Numbered from the stretch's first letter, positions 35,417 through 45,221 are shown. The stretch: DNA of 64,000 bases from a virus (IMGVR_UViG_3300042400_000444); one strand, 5' to 3'. Made by a program: numbers and translations. The notes: generated by a model not told the origin, from the letters alone.

Positions 35417-36325
35417 TTATAAAGTAGTATTATTCCGAATAGCAATTACTTTTTTTTCTTCAGCATATATTTGATCACCAATATATACTTCTGGACAAAA
35501 TTTGCATTGCGGAATGGATCGGTTAAGGTTTTCTAAAAATTCTTTCTTAATTTCATATGTATCATCTATGCTTAACGGCACGTATGAATGCATTAATTCG
35601 GAATCTTCTGGCGACAACTGAATTGTGTGTTGCTTTGCAAATTTCGGCAAGATAGCAATAACTCCGCATTTATAAAGTTTACCATCAGAAAAAGTATGAC
35701 ACAATTTCATAGAACAATTATCGTGTGCTTTTTTTTCATCACTTTGGTACAATGTAAAATTATCTGCCTCAATATTTTGTATGAGAGTGCCCTGGTGGAA
35801 CCACCAGTTATGTTCTACTTTAAGTATGACCTTATTTGAATCGGTTAGCATCATATTTTCTTGATATTTGTTGCTGTAATCAAAATTATATGATATTTTT
35901 CCCTTTAAAAAACTCCTAACATTTTCCATTATTTGTGTTTTAAATCGTTTATTGTGAATACCTACGTGTATCTGTGTGTTAAATCTGTGTCTTAATAAGA
36001 ATTCATATAATCCAGCAACCTTAGTTAGTCTATATCCATTGGTAACTACACTCAGTGATGATCGAGGCCATAATGCGCGAATGTTACTAAACCAACTCAT
36101 AAACCCAGGGTGCAATAATGGTTCCCCGCCTAATATACCTATTGTTCCTATTTGTAATTCTGCAGCCCATTGTGTGTATATAATCTTATATTCGTCCCAT
36201 TGTTGTTGGCCTGTAAATTTAAAATTATTAAATCTGTTACACCCAGTACATGCTAAATTACAAACATTAGTGATATAAAATTCAACAGACAACAATTTGA
36301 GTTTAGGATTGTTAAGTGGAATCAT
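35417..36325 (-). CDS. radical SAM protein with C-terminal Cys cluster
   Basis: ITNVCNLACTGC, GGEPL, TNG; C-terminal CSMKLC, KLYKC, CKFCP. Confidence 0.88.
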   Translation of the reverse strand: MIPLNNPKLKLLSVEFYITNVCNLACTGCNRFNNFKFTGQQQWDEYKIIYTQWAAELQIGTIGILGGEPLLHPGFMSWFSNIRALWPRSSLSVVTNGYRLTKVAGLYEFLLRHRFNTQIHVGIHNKRFKTQIMENVRSFLKGKISYNFDYSNKYQENMMLTDSNKVILKVEHNWWFHQGTLIQNIEADNFTLYQSDEKKAHDNCSMKLCHTFSDGKLYKCGVIAILPKFAKQHTIQLSPEDSELMHSYVPLSIDDTYEIKKEFLENLNRSIPQCKFCPEVYIGDQIYAEEKKVIAIRNNTTL

Positions 36326-37656
36326 AGTGTTTCGTACCAGTTAGTTAATTGCTTAAACGTGTATTTAAAGTCTTTACCACGACGTTGGTCATATTGCTGA
36401 TAAAAGTTTTTAAAGTCGTATAATAAATTATCATCAACTTGGGTGTCTTGCTGTAAGTATTCAACTAAACGTTTAATATGTTCATGTTCATGTTCGTGTA
36501 ATGCTTCATTCTTGCTATTGTTAAATAGAAATTCACTAAGCTCTTTGCTATACGTTGCACGTAGCTCGACGGGTAATATCATTGGACTTTGAAAGCTAGG
36601 AAAGCGCAATATGTTTAACGTAAACGACAATGCTTCGCGACCATACTTCTCTTTTAGCTTCATCATGTTGTATAAGAATTCACTAAGGCTCGGCAAACAC
36701 AGCGCATTGATTGTACACATGACATGTATGCCACGTACTTTTTTAGTTTCAAGTAAGAATACTAAATTACCAACCCATTGTTTCCATTCTAATCCATCAC
36801 GTATATATTCGGCGTGTGTGCCCATTGCCTCATTGCTAGTGTAGATGTCAAGTTCAATACCCTGTGTGCTATCAAGCAAGCGTTCAAGTATATCGCGTTT
36901 AAACCCGAGATTACTGTTAATTGCAAGACGTGTTTTACTTTCACCTTTGTGTGCTTTGAACCAATCAATTAAACGCCATGTGTTGTCTGACATTAATGGC
37001 TCGCCGCCTGTAATGCGTAACTCTTTTAATGTTTTGTGTAAGTCTGTTTCCCACCATTTGAAGAACGCTTCGACATATGGATTAACTTCATTGAGTTTAA
37101 ACAATTGACTACTATTATGCTCATGAGTAAAGTGATTTCTGCCATCTGAAACCAAATTGGTGTATGCGCCGTTTTGATGTATATCCCTAACCCAACTAGT
37201 GCTAAAAGCAGGATTGCAGTAAGAACAAGCAAACTGACAAGTTCTGTCAAAGGCAATTTCCAAAGTTTGTAAGTTAACATCTTCGCTTGCAGGTAAATTG
37301 TATGCATAATCTAAGTCCTTATCATTATAAATTACAGTTTTGTACACACGGTCACTAACTGCATCTGTGCTCATGTCTTCTATTTTCCAGCAGTAATCAC
37401 AGCCCGCGGGTCGTTCCCCTACTTGCATTTGTCTACGTTGTTCTTTCTTTTGTGGAGTGTTGTGTATTGCACTTGGATTTGTTTTAATTGCTTCTATATC
37501 GATTTGATGTGGTAGCGGATGATGGCAACTTGTAGTCTGCCCTGACCCTAACCATATAGTAGCATTATACCATTTAGCCGCACAGAATGATTCTGACTTA
37601 ATGTCAATTACTCTACGCTTATATTCTAAATCTGTTTCATTATTAATTTTTGGCAT
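36322..37656 (-). CDS. N-terminal twitch-domain radical SAM protein
   Basis: CAAKW, SCHHP, CDYCW, then CQFACSYC, GGEPL. Confidence 0.9.
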   Translation of the reverse strand: MPKINNETDLEYKRRVIDIKSESFCAAKWYNATIWLGSGQTTSCHHPLPHQIDIEAIKTNPSAIHNTPQKKEQRRQMQVGERPAGCDYCWKIEDMSTDAVSDRVYKTVIYNDKDLDYAYNLPASEDVNLQTLEIAFDRTCQFACSYCNPAFSTSWVRDIHQNGAYTNLVSDGRNHFTHEHNSSQLFKLNEVNPYVEAFFKWWETDLHKTLKELRITGGEPLMSDNTWRLIDWFKAHKGESKTRLAINSNLGFKRDILERLLDSTQGIELDIYTSNEAMGTHAEYIRDGLEWKQWVGNLVFLLETKKVRGIHVMCTINALCLPSLSEFLYNMMKLKEKYGREALSFTLNILRFPSFQSPMILPVELRATYSKELSEFLFNNSKNEALHEHEHEHIKRLVEYLQQDTQVDDNLLYDFKNFYQQYDQRRGKDFKYTFKQLTNWYETL

Positions 37657-37695
37657 TAAATTTATTTAACCTGTTAGTTGTACCGACGTTTAAAA

Positions 37696-38826
37696 TCAAT
37701 ATACGGATTGGTGCACTATTTTATCGGCAGTATAGTTGCATAGTATGTCAATCAGCAAGTTATGTTCTGGATGAGTTGTATCACCTATGTTAAGTTGTCT
37801 AAATTCATCTGTAGGCCATGTACCCCAATTCCACATTTTAGATAAATTGATATTATCAAACCCCAATGATTTTACAATGTCGATATACTGCGGAATTTCT
37901 TTGTAATTGTTGCGTTGTACTACAAAATCGCTTAGTAAGTTAATTTTATGCTCGGACTGACTATCTATTAATTGTCTTATATACTGACAATTTTCTAGTA
38001 ACGTATCCCACTCACCATTTACTCTAATTGTCTTATAAGTTTCGGCTGTTCCGGCATCGAAACTAATACGTAATTGATCGATGTATGGTAAAAAAATTTT
38101 TAATAAAGCTGATCGTTTTGTTAAATAACTTCCGTTGGTTTGAATAATATTTCGTATCTTTGTATTACCCTTGGATATTATGTATTCCCATAATTCTAAA
38201 TATGCATGACTAACAAACGGCTCACCGCCTGCCCATCTAATAGTTAACGGAGTATTTGATTCAACATATCTATCTATTATTAAATGTTTAATTTTTTCTA
38301 CTAATTGTTGATTTATCGATGATCGTGGGCCCATATTATAATTTATAATATCTGTTCTACAAGATGGGCATTTAAAATTGCATGTGTAATCGAAATCAAG
38401 GCAAATTTCCGATGGTAATTTTTTTGTTTTACTTGATGCAGTGAACTGGTCTTCTTCTAGTAAGATAAAATCCGCTGGAGTTGCTTCTTCTATCGAGATT
38501 ATTTTAGTTTTTGATTCAGCCGTCGAAAGGTGGCTACATAGTTTTTGATTGCAGTAAGTATAGCGATTAGATGCAACTTCACTACGAATCGATCTTGCTT
38601 CGTAACTATTAAGTAGATCAAAAATGTCAGTGTAATCAAGAATCGATCCAATACTTTTAGGTAACCAAGCAGGGCTAGCACATATATAAGTTGACCCAGA
38701 TTCATTTATTACTAATCTGCCCCACGGATTCCTGCATCTTTTTACGCCTGTAGCGTGTTTGTCAAATAAGATATGATCATTATTTTTGCGCTGGTGGTAA
38801 TCTTCAATAACTATTATTTCTTTCAT
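37696..38826 (-). CDS. radical SAM protein with N-terminal Cys domain
   Basis: CRNPW, YCNQKLC, then CNFKCPSC, GGEPF, TNG, SFDAGT.ETY. Confidence 0.88.
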   Translation of the reverse strand: MKEIIVIEDYHQRKNNDHILFDKHATGVKRCRNPWGRLVINESGSTYICASPAWLPKSIGSILDYTDIFDLLNSYEARSIRSEVASNRYTYCNQKLCSHLSTAESKTKIISIEEATPADFILLEEDQFTASSKTKKLPSEICLDFDYTCNFKCPSCRTDIINYNMGPRSSINQQLVEKIKHLIIDRYVESNTPLTIRWAGGEPFVSHAYLELWEYIISKGNTKIRNIIQTNGSYLTKRSALLKIFLPYIDQLRISFDAGTAETYKTIRVNGEWDTLLENCQYIRQLIDSQSEHKINLLSDFVVQRNNYKEIPQYIDIVKSLGFDNINLSKMWNWGTWPTDEFRQLNIGDTTHPEHNLLIDILCNYTADKIVHQSVY

Positions 38827-38833
38827 TTATACC

Positions 38834-40222
38834 TTATGTCTCGGCATGGTATTTGCACTCCTGCCAGAACTCTGTCATCTGTGGGAATGTTTCCAAAAAG
38901 TTTAATCCTCTGCGTTTATCGTATTCATTAAAAAATCTATAGAAGTCTGCTCTTTGTATTGTAACATATTCCTTCGAGAGTTCGCAACCTTGTTTCATCC
39001 AATCTACATTGCGTTCCATACGTTGTATCTCATAATCTTTAAATCCTTCAAAGTTATCAGCAGTTTCATCTGCTTGATTTGCTTTCATAAATTCAACAAC
39101 ATCTTCTAATATGCGAACATAACTTGCTGGTAGTATTTGTAAACTTTGATACGTTGGGCTACGTAATAGCGGCGTGTCGAACCATACACGTTGATATGTT
39201 GAGCTGTATTTTTTACGCATCTCTAATATCTGTGTCAATAAAAGTTTTAATCCAAGTATGTTCAAGTTGTTCATTGTAATAATAAACGTTAGGCTATTGC
39301 GGTATGGCACGTCTGTTAGGAAAGCGTTAGAATATCGCATGACTCTGTCCCAGTATAGCCCATCGCGTATATATTCTGCATGTGCAGGAAGCCCAGTATC
39401 TAGACTAACATACTGCATAAAGTGTTCAATGCGTTCGCCTGTGCATAGTTGTTTAACTTTGTCTAAATACTTTTCAAATAATTGTGGCTCGACACTAAAG
39501 TTACTTGTTACATCAACGTGCAAGTCACTCTTAGGCAAGGCGAGTATGTAATCAAATACACGATGTGTATTCTTATCCATAAGCGGTTCGCCACCAGTCA
39601 TTCTAAAGTGTTTTAGCTTAGGATACAGCTCGGGCCACCAAGCCCAAAATGCATCAACATACGGGTTAGCTTCGCGTACCGGAATTGGCTTACGTCGACC
39701 TTGAAAGTGTTCGGGCGCATTGTGCGGAGTGCTTGTTGGATATGCACCCCATCTGTCAATATCTTTGCCCCACTCTGTTGAATACTGTGGACTGCAATAG
39801 CTACATGCTAAGTTACAGCCATGACTGAAGTTTACTTCAACATAACTTGGTACAACGTCTTGGTCCCATGGTGCGTTTACTATTTCTTCATAGTGTTCAG
39901 CCGCCCACGGCTCACCGGAACGATAGTGTCTATCGCTTAGTTGTTTGTTATCTTCTGCACTCCAACAGTAACTACATTCTGCTGGGCGTGTTTGCTCTAG
40001 CATAAGTTTACGTTGCTGTTTCTTGTAATCAGTATTGTGTAGCGCACCCGGATTGAATAGCAACGGAGCACTGTCGATCTCGTGCAATGGCGGATGATAG
40101 CAACTATTTGTTAGTCCGGTTGGTAGATGTAGACTTACTTGTTGCCACTTAGCCAAGCAAAGTGCAGGACCTAATTTGTCCTTCATCTCTTCTGCGGCTG
40201 TTAGGAAATTACTTTTTGTCAT
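38834..40222 (-). CDS. N-terminal twitch-domain radical SAM protein
   Basis: CLAKW, SCYHP, CSYCW, then CNLACSYC, GGEPL; likely start MTKSNF. Confidence 0.9.
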   Translation of the reverse strand: MTKSNFLTAAEEMKDKLGPALCLAKWQQVSLHLPTGLTNSCYHPPLHEIDSAPLLFNPGALHNTDYKKQQRKLMLEQTRPAECSYCWSAEDNKQLSDRHYRSGEPWAAEHYEEIVNAPWDQDVVPSYVEVNFSHGCNLACSYCSPQYSTEWGKDIDRWGAYPTSTPHNAPEHFQGRRKPIPVREANPYVDAFWAWWPELYPKLKHFRMTGGEPLMDKNTHRVFDYILALPKSDLHVDVTSNFSVEPQLFEKYLDKVKQLCTGERIEHFMQYVSLDTGLPAHAEYIRDGLYWDRVMRYSNAFLTDVPYRNSLTFIITMNNLNILGLKLLLTQILEMRKKYSSTYQRVWFDTPLLRSPTYQSLQILPASYVRILEDVVEFMKANQADETADNFEGFKDYEIQRMERNVDWMKQGCELSKEYVTIQRADFYRFFNEYDKRRGLNFLETFPQMTEFWQECKYHAET

Positions 40223-41198
40223 GGGCAAAATATCCAGGATTGTCATTCATAAGTTGGGATTGCTCTTTACTCATTTTGAGTAATAAATTGTAATTATGTT
40301 CTATGTCGGGCTGGCATTTATCTAATATAGCTGCCATCGAATTGTTATCGAGTATATCTTCTAATATCTGAAATACGTCATCGACTCGGGTGAATTCATC
40401 CCATTTATCATAATAATCAGGAATAATATCTTCGAACGTTTTGAATCCGATAGAACGTAATTTCTTTAAATAATTTTTTGCGCCGATTATTAAGAACGGT
40501 CGGCGATAATATATCGGGCGCAATGTCTTCTCTGTAATTAAAAATGAATCTGGATGTACACCTGTTTCACAAACTATTTCTATTGCTATCTGCTCATATA
40601 CAGTGTGCCATAATGGACCAACTGTGTTCAAATTTAACCAAATTGGCGGCTTACGTATAGAATCTATATCGCTGTACGGTCTAATAGAAGTGATATCATT
40701 AATTTTACAATCTGCATATTGACTAACTTTAGCAAGATCGACATTAGTATCGATATCCATAAAATCCTGACTAAAACTAGTTAGCCCCATTTCCTTATAC
40801 GGGCTTCTTCGGTATCGCAATAAACTATAAATGCGTTCTCTACGAGCAAGACCTATAAACATGCCGAATACCTTATTGCCATTCCACGGTATCGGATCTT
40901 TATGTGTAGTAAAATGTACAAAATCAGAATTATAAGTAGCTTTACGTACTGCATATACACTATGTTTTTCTAACCAGTTGTTTGTTTCTATAACGATTTT
41001 AGTCTTATCAAAATTCCAATATTCACAAAGGATGTCTAGTAGATTAAATAATCCATTTTCTTCAAAACTGTTACCTTCATATGTTCGTATAATTATATCA
41101 TCATTTGTTAGCATTGCCCGAATTATTTCAGAACATAGTAATTCTTTATTAAGTAGCTCATAACGAGTATCATACTTGGTAATTTCTATCACAACCAT
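40209..41198 (-). CDS. putative GT-B glycosyltransferase (GT10-like donor-binding motif)
   Basis: IEIVCET...FLITEKTLRPIYYRRPFLIIG resembles the fucosyltransferase E-N/T...Y/F-x-TEK motif. Confidence 0.5.
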   Translation of the reverse strand: MVVIEITKYDTRYELLNKELLCSEIIRAMLTNDDIIIRTYEGNSFEENGLFNLLDILCEYWNFDKTKIVIETNNWLEKHSVYAVRKATYNSDFVHFTTHKDPIPWNGNKVFGMFIGLARRERIYSLLRYRRSPYKEMGLTSFSQDFMDIDTNVDLAKVSQYADCKINDITSIRPYSDIDSIRKPPIWLNLNTVGPLWHTVYEQIAIEIVCETGVHPDSFLITEKTLRPIYYRRPFLIIGAKNYLKKLRSIGFKTFEDIIPDYYDKWDEFTRVDDVFQILEDILDNNSMAAILDKCQPDIEHNYNLLLKMSKEQSQLMNDNPGYFAHDKK

Positions 41199-42043
41199 TT
41201 AATTTTTTTCTCCGAGATGTTGTCCGAATGATTGATAACTGACTCAACATCGTCGAGAGTAGGACACATACTACACATTGCATTGGGCTTACTGAAATTA
41301 TTTAAAAAATCAGTTAACTCATTGTCATTACAATCCACTCCTAAACCAGTTTGCAAGTAAGGAGTCCATTCTGCAATATTAGGATTACCGAATCGTTCAA
41401 GTGTGTCCACTAGTAAACCACTTGTACTGCATTTATAAATCCGACCATTATGCATAAGTGGACAGGTTTTCTGACAGCATGCATCAAATGCACTTGCAGG
41501 ATTGTTCCTGTGCGGCTGCATATTTGCATACGTTCCTTTAAAAGATTTAGTAAACACGGTGGGCCGATTAATTTGAAAACGAAAATTATTCGATGTTTTC
41601 CAACGGTTGATGCCGTATTCTGTAACAGGCTCCCAGGGATAATCATTAAATATACGTTGGATAATCTCTTCTAGTTGTACATCAGGGCGATGCACTGTGA
41701 TTTTAAATACACAATTACCTATATCTGCTAAGGTACTAACTATATTATATTTCTTATGCAATAATAGCCCGTTGGTAGTAAAACGTATTTGTGTATCGGG
41801 CATCAATTCTCTGGCGCCAAATATCCAATCAGTTACTTCAGGATTTATCAACGGCTCACCGCCCATAATTCCAAAATCGGGTATATCTATCTTCTTTTGC
41901 CAAGCAGTTAGCCATTCGCGACCAGTCGACCACGGCACGTAGCCGTCGTGCTGTAAGTCAGAATAGTTAGTACACCCGGTGCAACTCAGATTACACACCT
42001 GAGTTATCATCGTTTCAAGGAAAGGTAATGTCGGTTTACTCAC
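41189..42043 (-). CDS. radical SAM protein with C-terminal Cys cluster
   Basis: ITQVCNLSCTGC, GGEPL, TNG; CCQKTC, RIYKC, CSMCP; likely GTG start at 42043 (ORF extends to 42073). Confidence 0.88.
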   Translation of the reverse strand: MSKPTLPFLETMITQVCNLSCTGCTNYSDLQHDGYVPWSTGREWLTAWQKKIDIPDFGIMGGEPLINPEVTDWIFGARELMPDTQIRFTTNGLLLHKKYNIVSTLADIGNCVFKITVHRPDVQLEEIIQRIFNDYPWEPVTEYGINRWKTSNNFRFQINRPTVFTKSFKGTYANMQPHRNNPASAFDACCQKTCPLMHNGRIYKCSTSGLLVDTLERFGNPNIAEWTPYLQTGLGVDCNDNELTDFLNNFSKPNAMCSMCPTLDDVESVINHSDNISEKKIKWL

Positions 42044-42932
42044 GTGACATAGGGCCTTTATTTTTAAATACACTTTTGTAATGATGCTTAAAGAATTTAC
42101 TTTGGTCTGCTGTTAAATGTGGTGCGGGTAATCCTAATTTTACATTTAATGTATGTGACATTTCATTGCATTCTTCTACTAAGTTTAGTACTTTGTTTTG
42201 ATGCCAAATTTTATCCAATGCATCAAAGTCTTGTACTTCTCTATAATCCCAATCTGTAATCATAGTCATATATGTGCCAAGTTTAGCACCGTACATTGCC
42301 CAGTCGCCATTTTCTACGTCCATGCCTACATTATGCCATATGCTTAAATGATCGTAGTTCCGATCATGTACACGCTTCTCAAAATCTAATAGATTTGGCT
42401 TAGTGCCGCGATCTAAACACATCTTTACGCCTTCTCTAAAACCTGCTCGCCATGCTTGATACGGACTTTGATTTGGGTATGTTGTGCTGTAGCAATCATT
42501 CATTGCCCAATAGCGTGGGTCAAAGCAAAACTCAACGGCAGTATCATCTGCACCATCACTTGCTTCGTGTGTACGCATATTGTTTACAAAGTCTTTAGTC
42601 CAACAACTCATGCCACCGTTGCCATACATAAGTCCGTTGATGTGATTACGTGCTTTCCATCGAAATACTACATCTTTATTGGTATCATCTAATGTAAGTT
42701 GTAAGTTAAAGAATTCTGGATCGGGTAAGTTGTCACCATCAATTAATACAAAGCGGTCGGTATCACTAACAGACGCGGCCGCTTTGTGTGCGGCATCACT
42801 GCCTTTAACTCCATCTACACGTTTAGCCCACGGAACCATATTTTGAATCTTAATCCAAAACTCTTCTTTTTTGGGTTCATCGTAACTTAGGTAAATGCAA
42901 TCTAAGTCTGCAATATCAACGATTTGTGTCAT
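42036..42932 (-). CDS. putative GT-A glycosyltransferase
   Basis: IYLSYDEP, AHKAAA, FVLIDGDN (DxD), YGNGG, WRAGFREGVK. Confidence 0.65.
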   Translation of the reverse strand: MTQIVDIADLDCIYLSYDEPKKEEFWIKIQNMVPWAKRVDGVKGSDAAHKAAASVSDTDRFVLIDGDNLPDPEFFNLQLTLDDTNKDVVFRWKARNHINGLMYGNGGMSCWTKDFVNNMRTHEASDGADDTAVEFCFDPRYWAMNDCYSTTYPNQSPYQAWRAGFREGVKMCLDRGTKPNLLDFEKRVHDRNYDHLSIWHNVGMDVENGDWAMYGAKLGTYMTMITDWDYREVQDFDALDKIWHQNKVLNLVEECNEMSHTLNVKLGLPAPHLTADQSKFFKHHYKSVFKNKGPMSRE

Positions 42933-43272
42933 AGTATTCTATATCCTGATAAGTGTCGGTGTCTTCGAGAACAATTCCAGCATGTCCTTTTACTATTTTA
43001 GTACCTTTTGTGCTTTTTGTCAATGGAAAATAATGCAAATATGTGGGAGTTATGTAAATTATTTTATCATCTACTAATCTTAAATTAGTCCAATTATGTG
43101 TAATATACAATTCTCTGGTTATTGCAACCCAGTTATCGCCAACAGGAAATCCACTGCCTGCAAACCCGGTTACCCAGTTGTTCTCATCGTAATACGCTCG
43201 ATATTCTTCTATAACAATACTAGGAACAAACGAATGCATTGCTTTGAGAAATTCTTCTTCACCTGTAGTCAT
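42916..43272 (-). CDS. hypothetical protein
   Basis: ORF overlapping both neighbours; likely start MTTGEEEF. Confidence 0.65.
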   Translation of the reverse strand: MTTGEEEFLKAMHSFVPSIVIEEYRAYYDENNWVTGFAGSGFPVGDNWVAITRELYITHNWTNLRLVDDKIIYITPTYLHYFPLTKSTKGTKIVKGHAGIVLEDTDTYQDIEYYDTNR

Positions 43273-44074
43273 CAAAATCCTTTTCATAATAATGCACAGG
43301 ACTATATTGATTTATATTATTGATACGTAGCACTGCGCCATGTTGTTCAATATTAACATGATCGGTCCACGGTTGTGTTTCAATCCATCCTTGTATTTGT
43401 GGTTTCATATGTACGAAATTAAAGAAATCTAACGTAGGAATGGTACATTGCTCGATACCCATTAATTTTGTAGTCAATGCAAACACTACATCAGTCGATG
43501 GTTCTTCATCACATTGAATTAGCTGATCTTTTACTGTGTTCCAGTTTGCATATATCAACCGTGCTGTTTTAAAAAACGCTGCAGCTGACTGGCTAAATCT
43601 AAAATAATACATACCACTATAGATATTAGGCAAATCATTAAGTTCAAATAATTTTCTATATGCTGTGTTAGTTATTGTTTGTTGTTGATAATTTTTGCAA
43701 TTATAACTAAAACATACATCGCGCAATCTTAGTGCATGTAACCAATGACTAATATCTCGTGTAAACAATAAATCGCTTTCTAATTTAATTGTTTCTTTAA
43801 ACGGCGTTAGATAAAATACTTGCCATTCATTAGACATTTTCCACTGTTCGTCTACTGCGTAGTCGTGCGGTAACTCGATTATATAATCAAACACTGCTCT
43901 ATGCTCGTCAGTTACTACTGCTAATGTAAAGGCATCAACAATAACTGCATATTGAGAATTGGGGTGCGTTTCTTTAATGTTCTGTGCTTGTATATAAGCA
44001 AGATTAAGATAATCTGTTTGCTCGTTATTCTGCGCAATAGACAAGAATCCAACTTGCGATTTAAATTCGCGCAT
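43259..44074 (-). CDS. putative GT8-like glycosyltransferase
   Basis: TPFKETIKLESDLL, YSGMYYF, STDVVFAL, FVHMK. Confidence 0.6.
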   Translation of the reverse strand: MREFKSQVGFLSIAQNNEQTDYLNLAYIQAQNIKETHPNSQYAVIVDAFTLAVVTDEHRAVFDYIIELPHDYAVDEQWKMSNEWQVFYLTPFKETIKLESDLLFTRDISHWLHALRLRDVCFSYNCKNYQQQTITNTAYRKLFELNDLPNIYSGMYYFRFSQSAAAFFKTARLIYANWNTVKDQLIQCDEEPSTDVVFALTTKLMGIEQCTIPTLDFFNFVHMKPQIQGWIETQPWTDHVNIEQHGAVLRINNINQYSPVHYYEKDFDDYR

Positions 44075-44846
44075 TGATAACTCCTTCTATTAATGTAGTG
44101 CAATCATCTGATAATAAGTATGCCTTGCTCATAACATGTAACGACTGTTGCGGCATTGCCCATGCCTGTGTATCTGATTTAATAAGTAATTTTCCGTCTT
44201 TTAATTTAATCGACTGTACTTTATTGCAAAATGAAACTATAGGCCACGGTAAGTAATTCATTGGGTCTTGACAATATCCGTTGAGAATGTTATCTGCTAT
44301 AGTAAACGCATAATCATTCCTGAAATTTGATTCATTTATGTTATATAATCGTCTATAATAGCCATAATTACGTTCAATTTTGCCAATTAAATCAAACAAT
44401 AACTTAGTACGTGGAGTTTTATTAAACACAACTACTGTGGCCCATAATGTGGGTAAACTGTATGTACCCATTTTATTTGCAGTAGCACCATCTATGTATG
44501 TATTGTGTCTGGCTATAGTATAATCGTCAACTGTATCTAATATTTTTAATAAATTATCATCAAATATTAAGTAATCACTGTCTAATAATATAGTTTGATC
44601 GTATGGACTAAGTGCGTATGCTCTTGCCCGACCTGCATTTCTCCATTGCTCGAATTTCCCTGAGTCAATCGAGTAACGTTGATTCTTACTTTCAATACTT
44701 TCAGTTATAATAGTAACGGGTAATTTTAAATAGTGTGAGATTAATAAGCTGGCACGATTCGCAATAGCTTCATAATCTATTGTGGCTGTGTTAGTCGCAA
44801 ATAAAACAACACCTTTAGATTTTTCTAATTTGTTTAAGTTTGTCAT
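44061..44846 (-). CDS. putative GT8-like glycosyltransferase
   Basis: SPYDQTILLDSDYL (DxD), WATVVVF, FRNDYAF, HVMSK. Confidence 0.65.
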   Translation of the reverse strand: MTNLNKLEKSKGVVLFATNTATIDYEAIANRASLLISHYLKLPVTIITESIESKNQRYSIDSGKFEQWRNAGRARAYALSPYDQTILLDSDYLIFDDNLLKILDTVDDYTIARHNTYIDGATANKMGTYSLPTLWATVVVFNKTPRTKLLFDLIGKIERNYGYYRRLYNINESNFRNDYAFTIADNILNGYCQDPMNYLPWPIVSFCNKVQSIKLKDGKLLIKSDTQAWAMPQQSLHVMSKAYLLSDDCTTLIEGVINARI

Positions 44847-45132
44847 GCTCGATATGCCACAAATTCATTACTGATTGATAGTGCTCACGTGCCACTGTTA
44901 AAAAATCATCACGATTGATACTAATGGGATTAGAATAAACATCCTCTAAGAATAGAATATCTGTTGGCCACGTAGTTACAAATGCTAGTGTCGACGGATT
45001 TATCAAAAATAGGCCGCCAGCATGAACTAAATGTAAGTCTGTTAAAATCTTTTCTTTAAGGGCGTGTTTGTTTTTTTGGTAGTCAGTAGCAATACGAATT
45101 TGTTCTACTAATTGGTCAACTGTTGATGTCAT
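44815..45132 (-). CDS. hypothetical protein, first gene of the modification operon
   Basis: Likely start MTSTVDQL, 5 nt after a TAATTA box (45138-45143). Confidence 0.65.
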   Translation of the reverse strand: MTSTVDQLVEQIRIATDYQKNKHALKEKILTDLHLVHAGGLFLINPSTLAFVTTWPTDILFLEDVYSNPISINRDDFLTVAREHYQSVMNLWHIEHDKLKQIRKI

Positions 45133-45163
45133 ATAAGTAATTATCTTAATAAAATATAGCCAA

Positions 45164-45192
45164 AATAAAAGCACTGAGATAGTGCTTTTATT
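45164..45192 (-). terminator. intrinsic terminator after the tail-fibre genes (possibly bidirectional)
   Basis: Perfect 12-bp inverted repeat AATAAAAGCACT-gagat-AGTGCTTTTATT. Confidence 0.75.
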
Positions 45193-45221
45193 ATAATACA
45201 TTATGTGTTATCTGTCAACTA

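Noticed and set aside
31535-42043. Classical RiPP cluster (radical SAM/SPASM plus precursor peptide)
   Set aside because: No leader-core precursor, RRE domain, protease or transporter is evident, and the neighbours are sugar enzymes; only the PFIY peptide is a remote candidate
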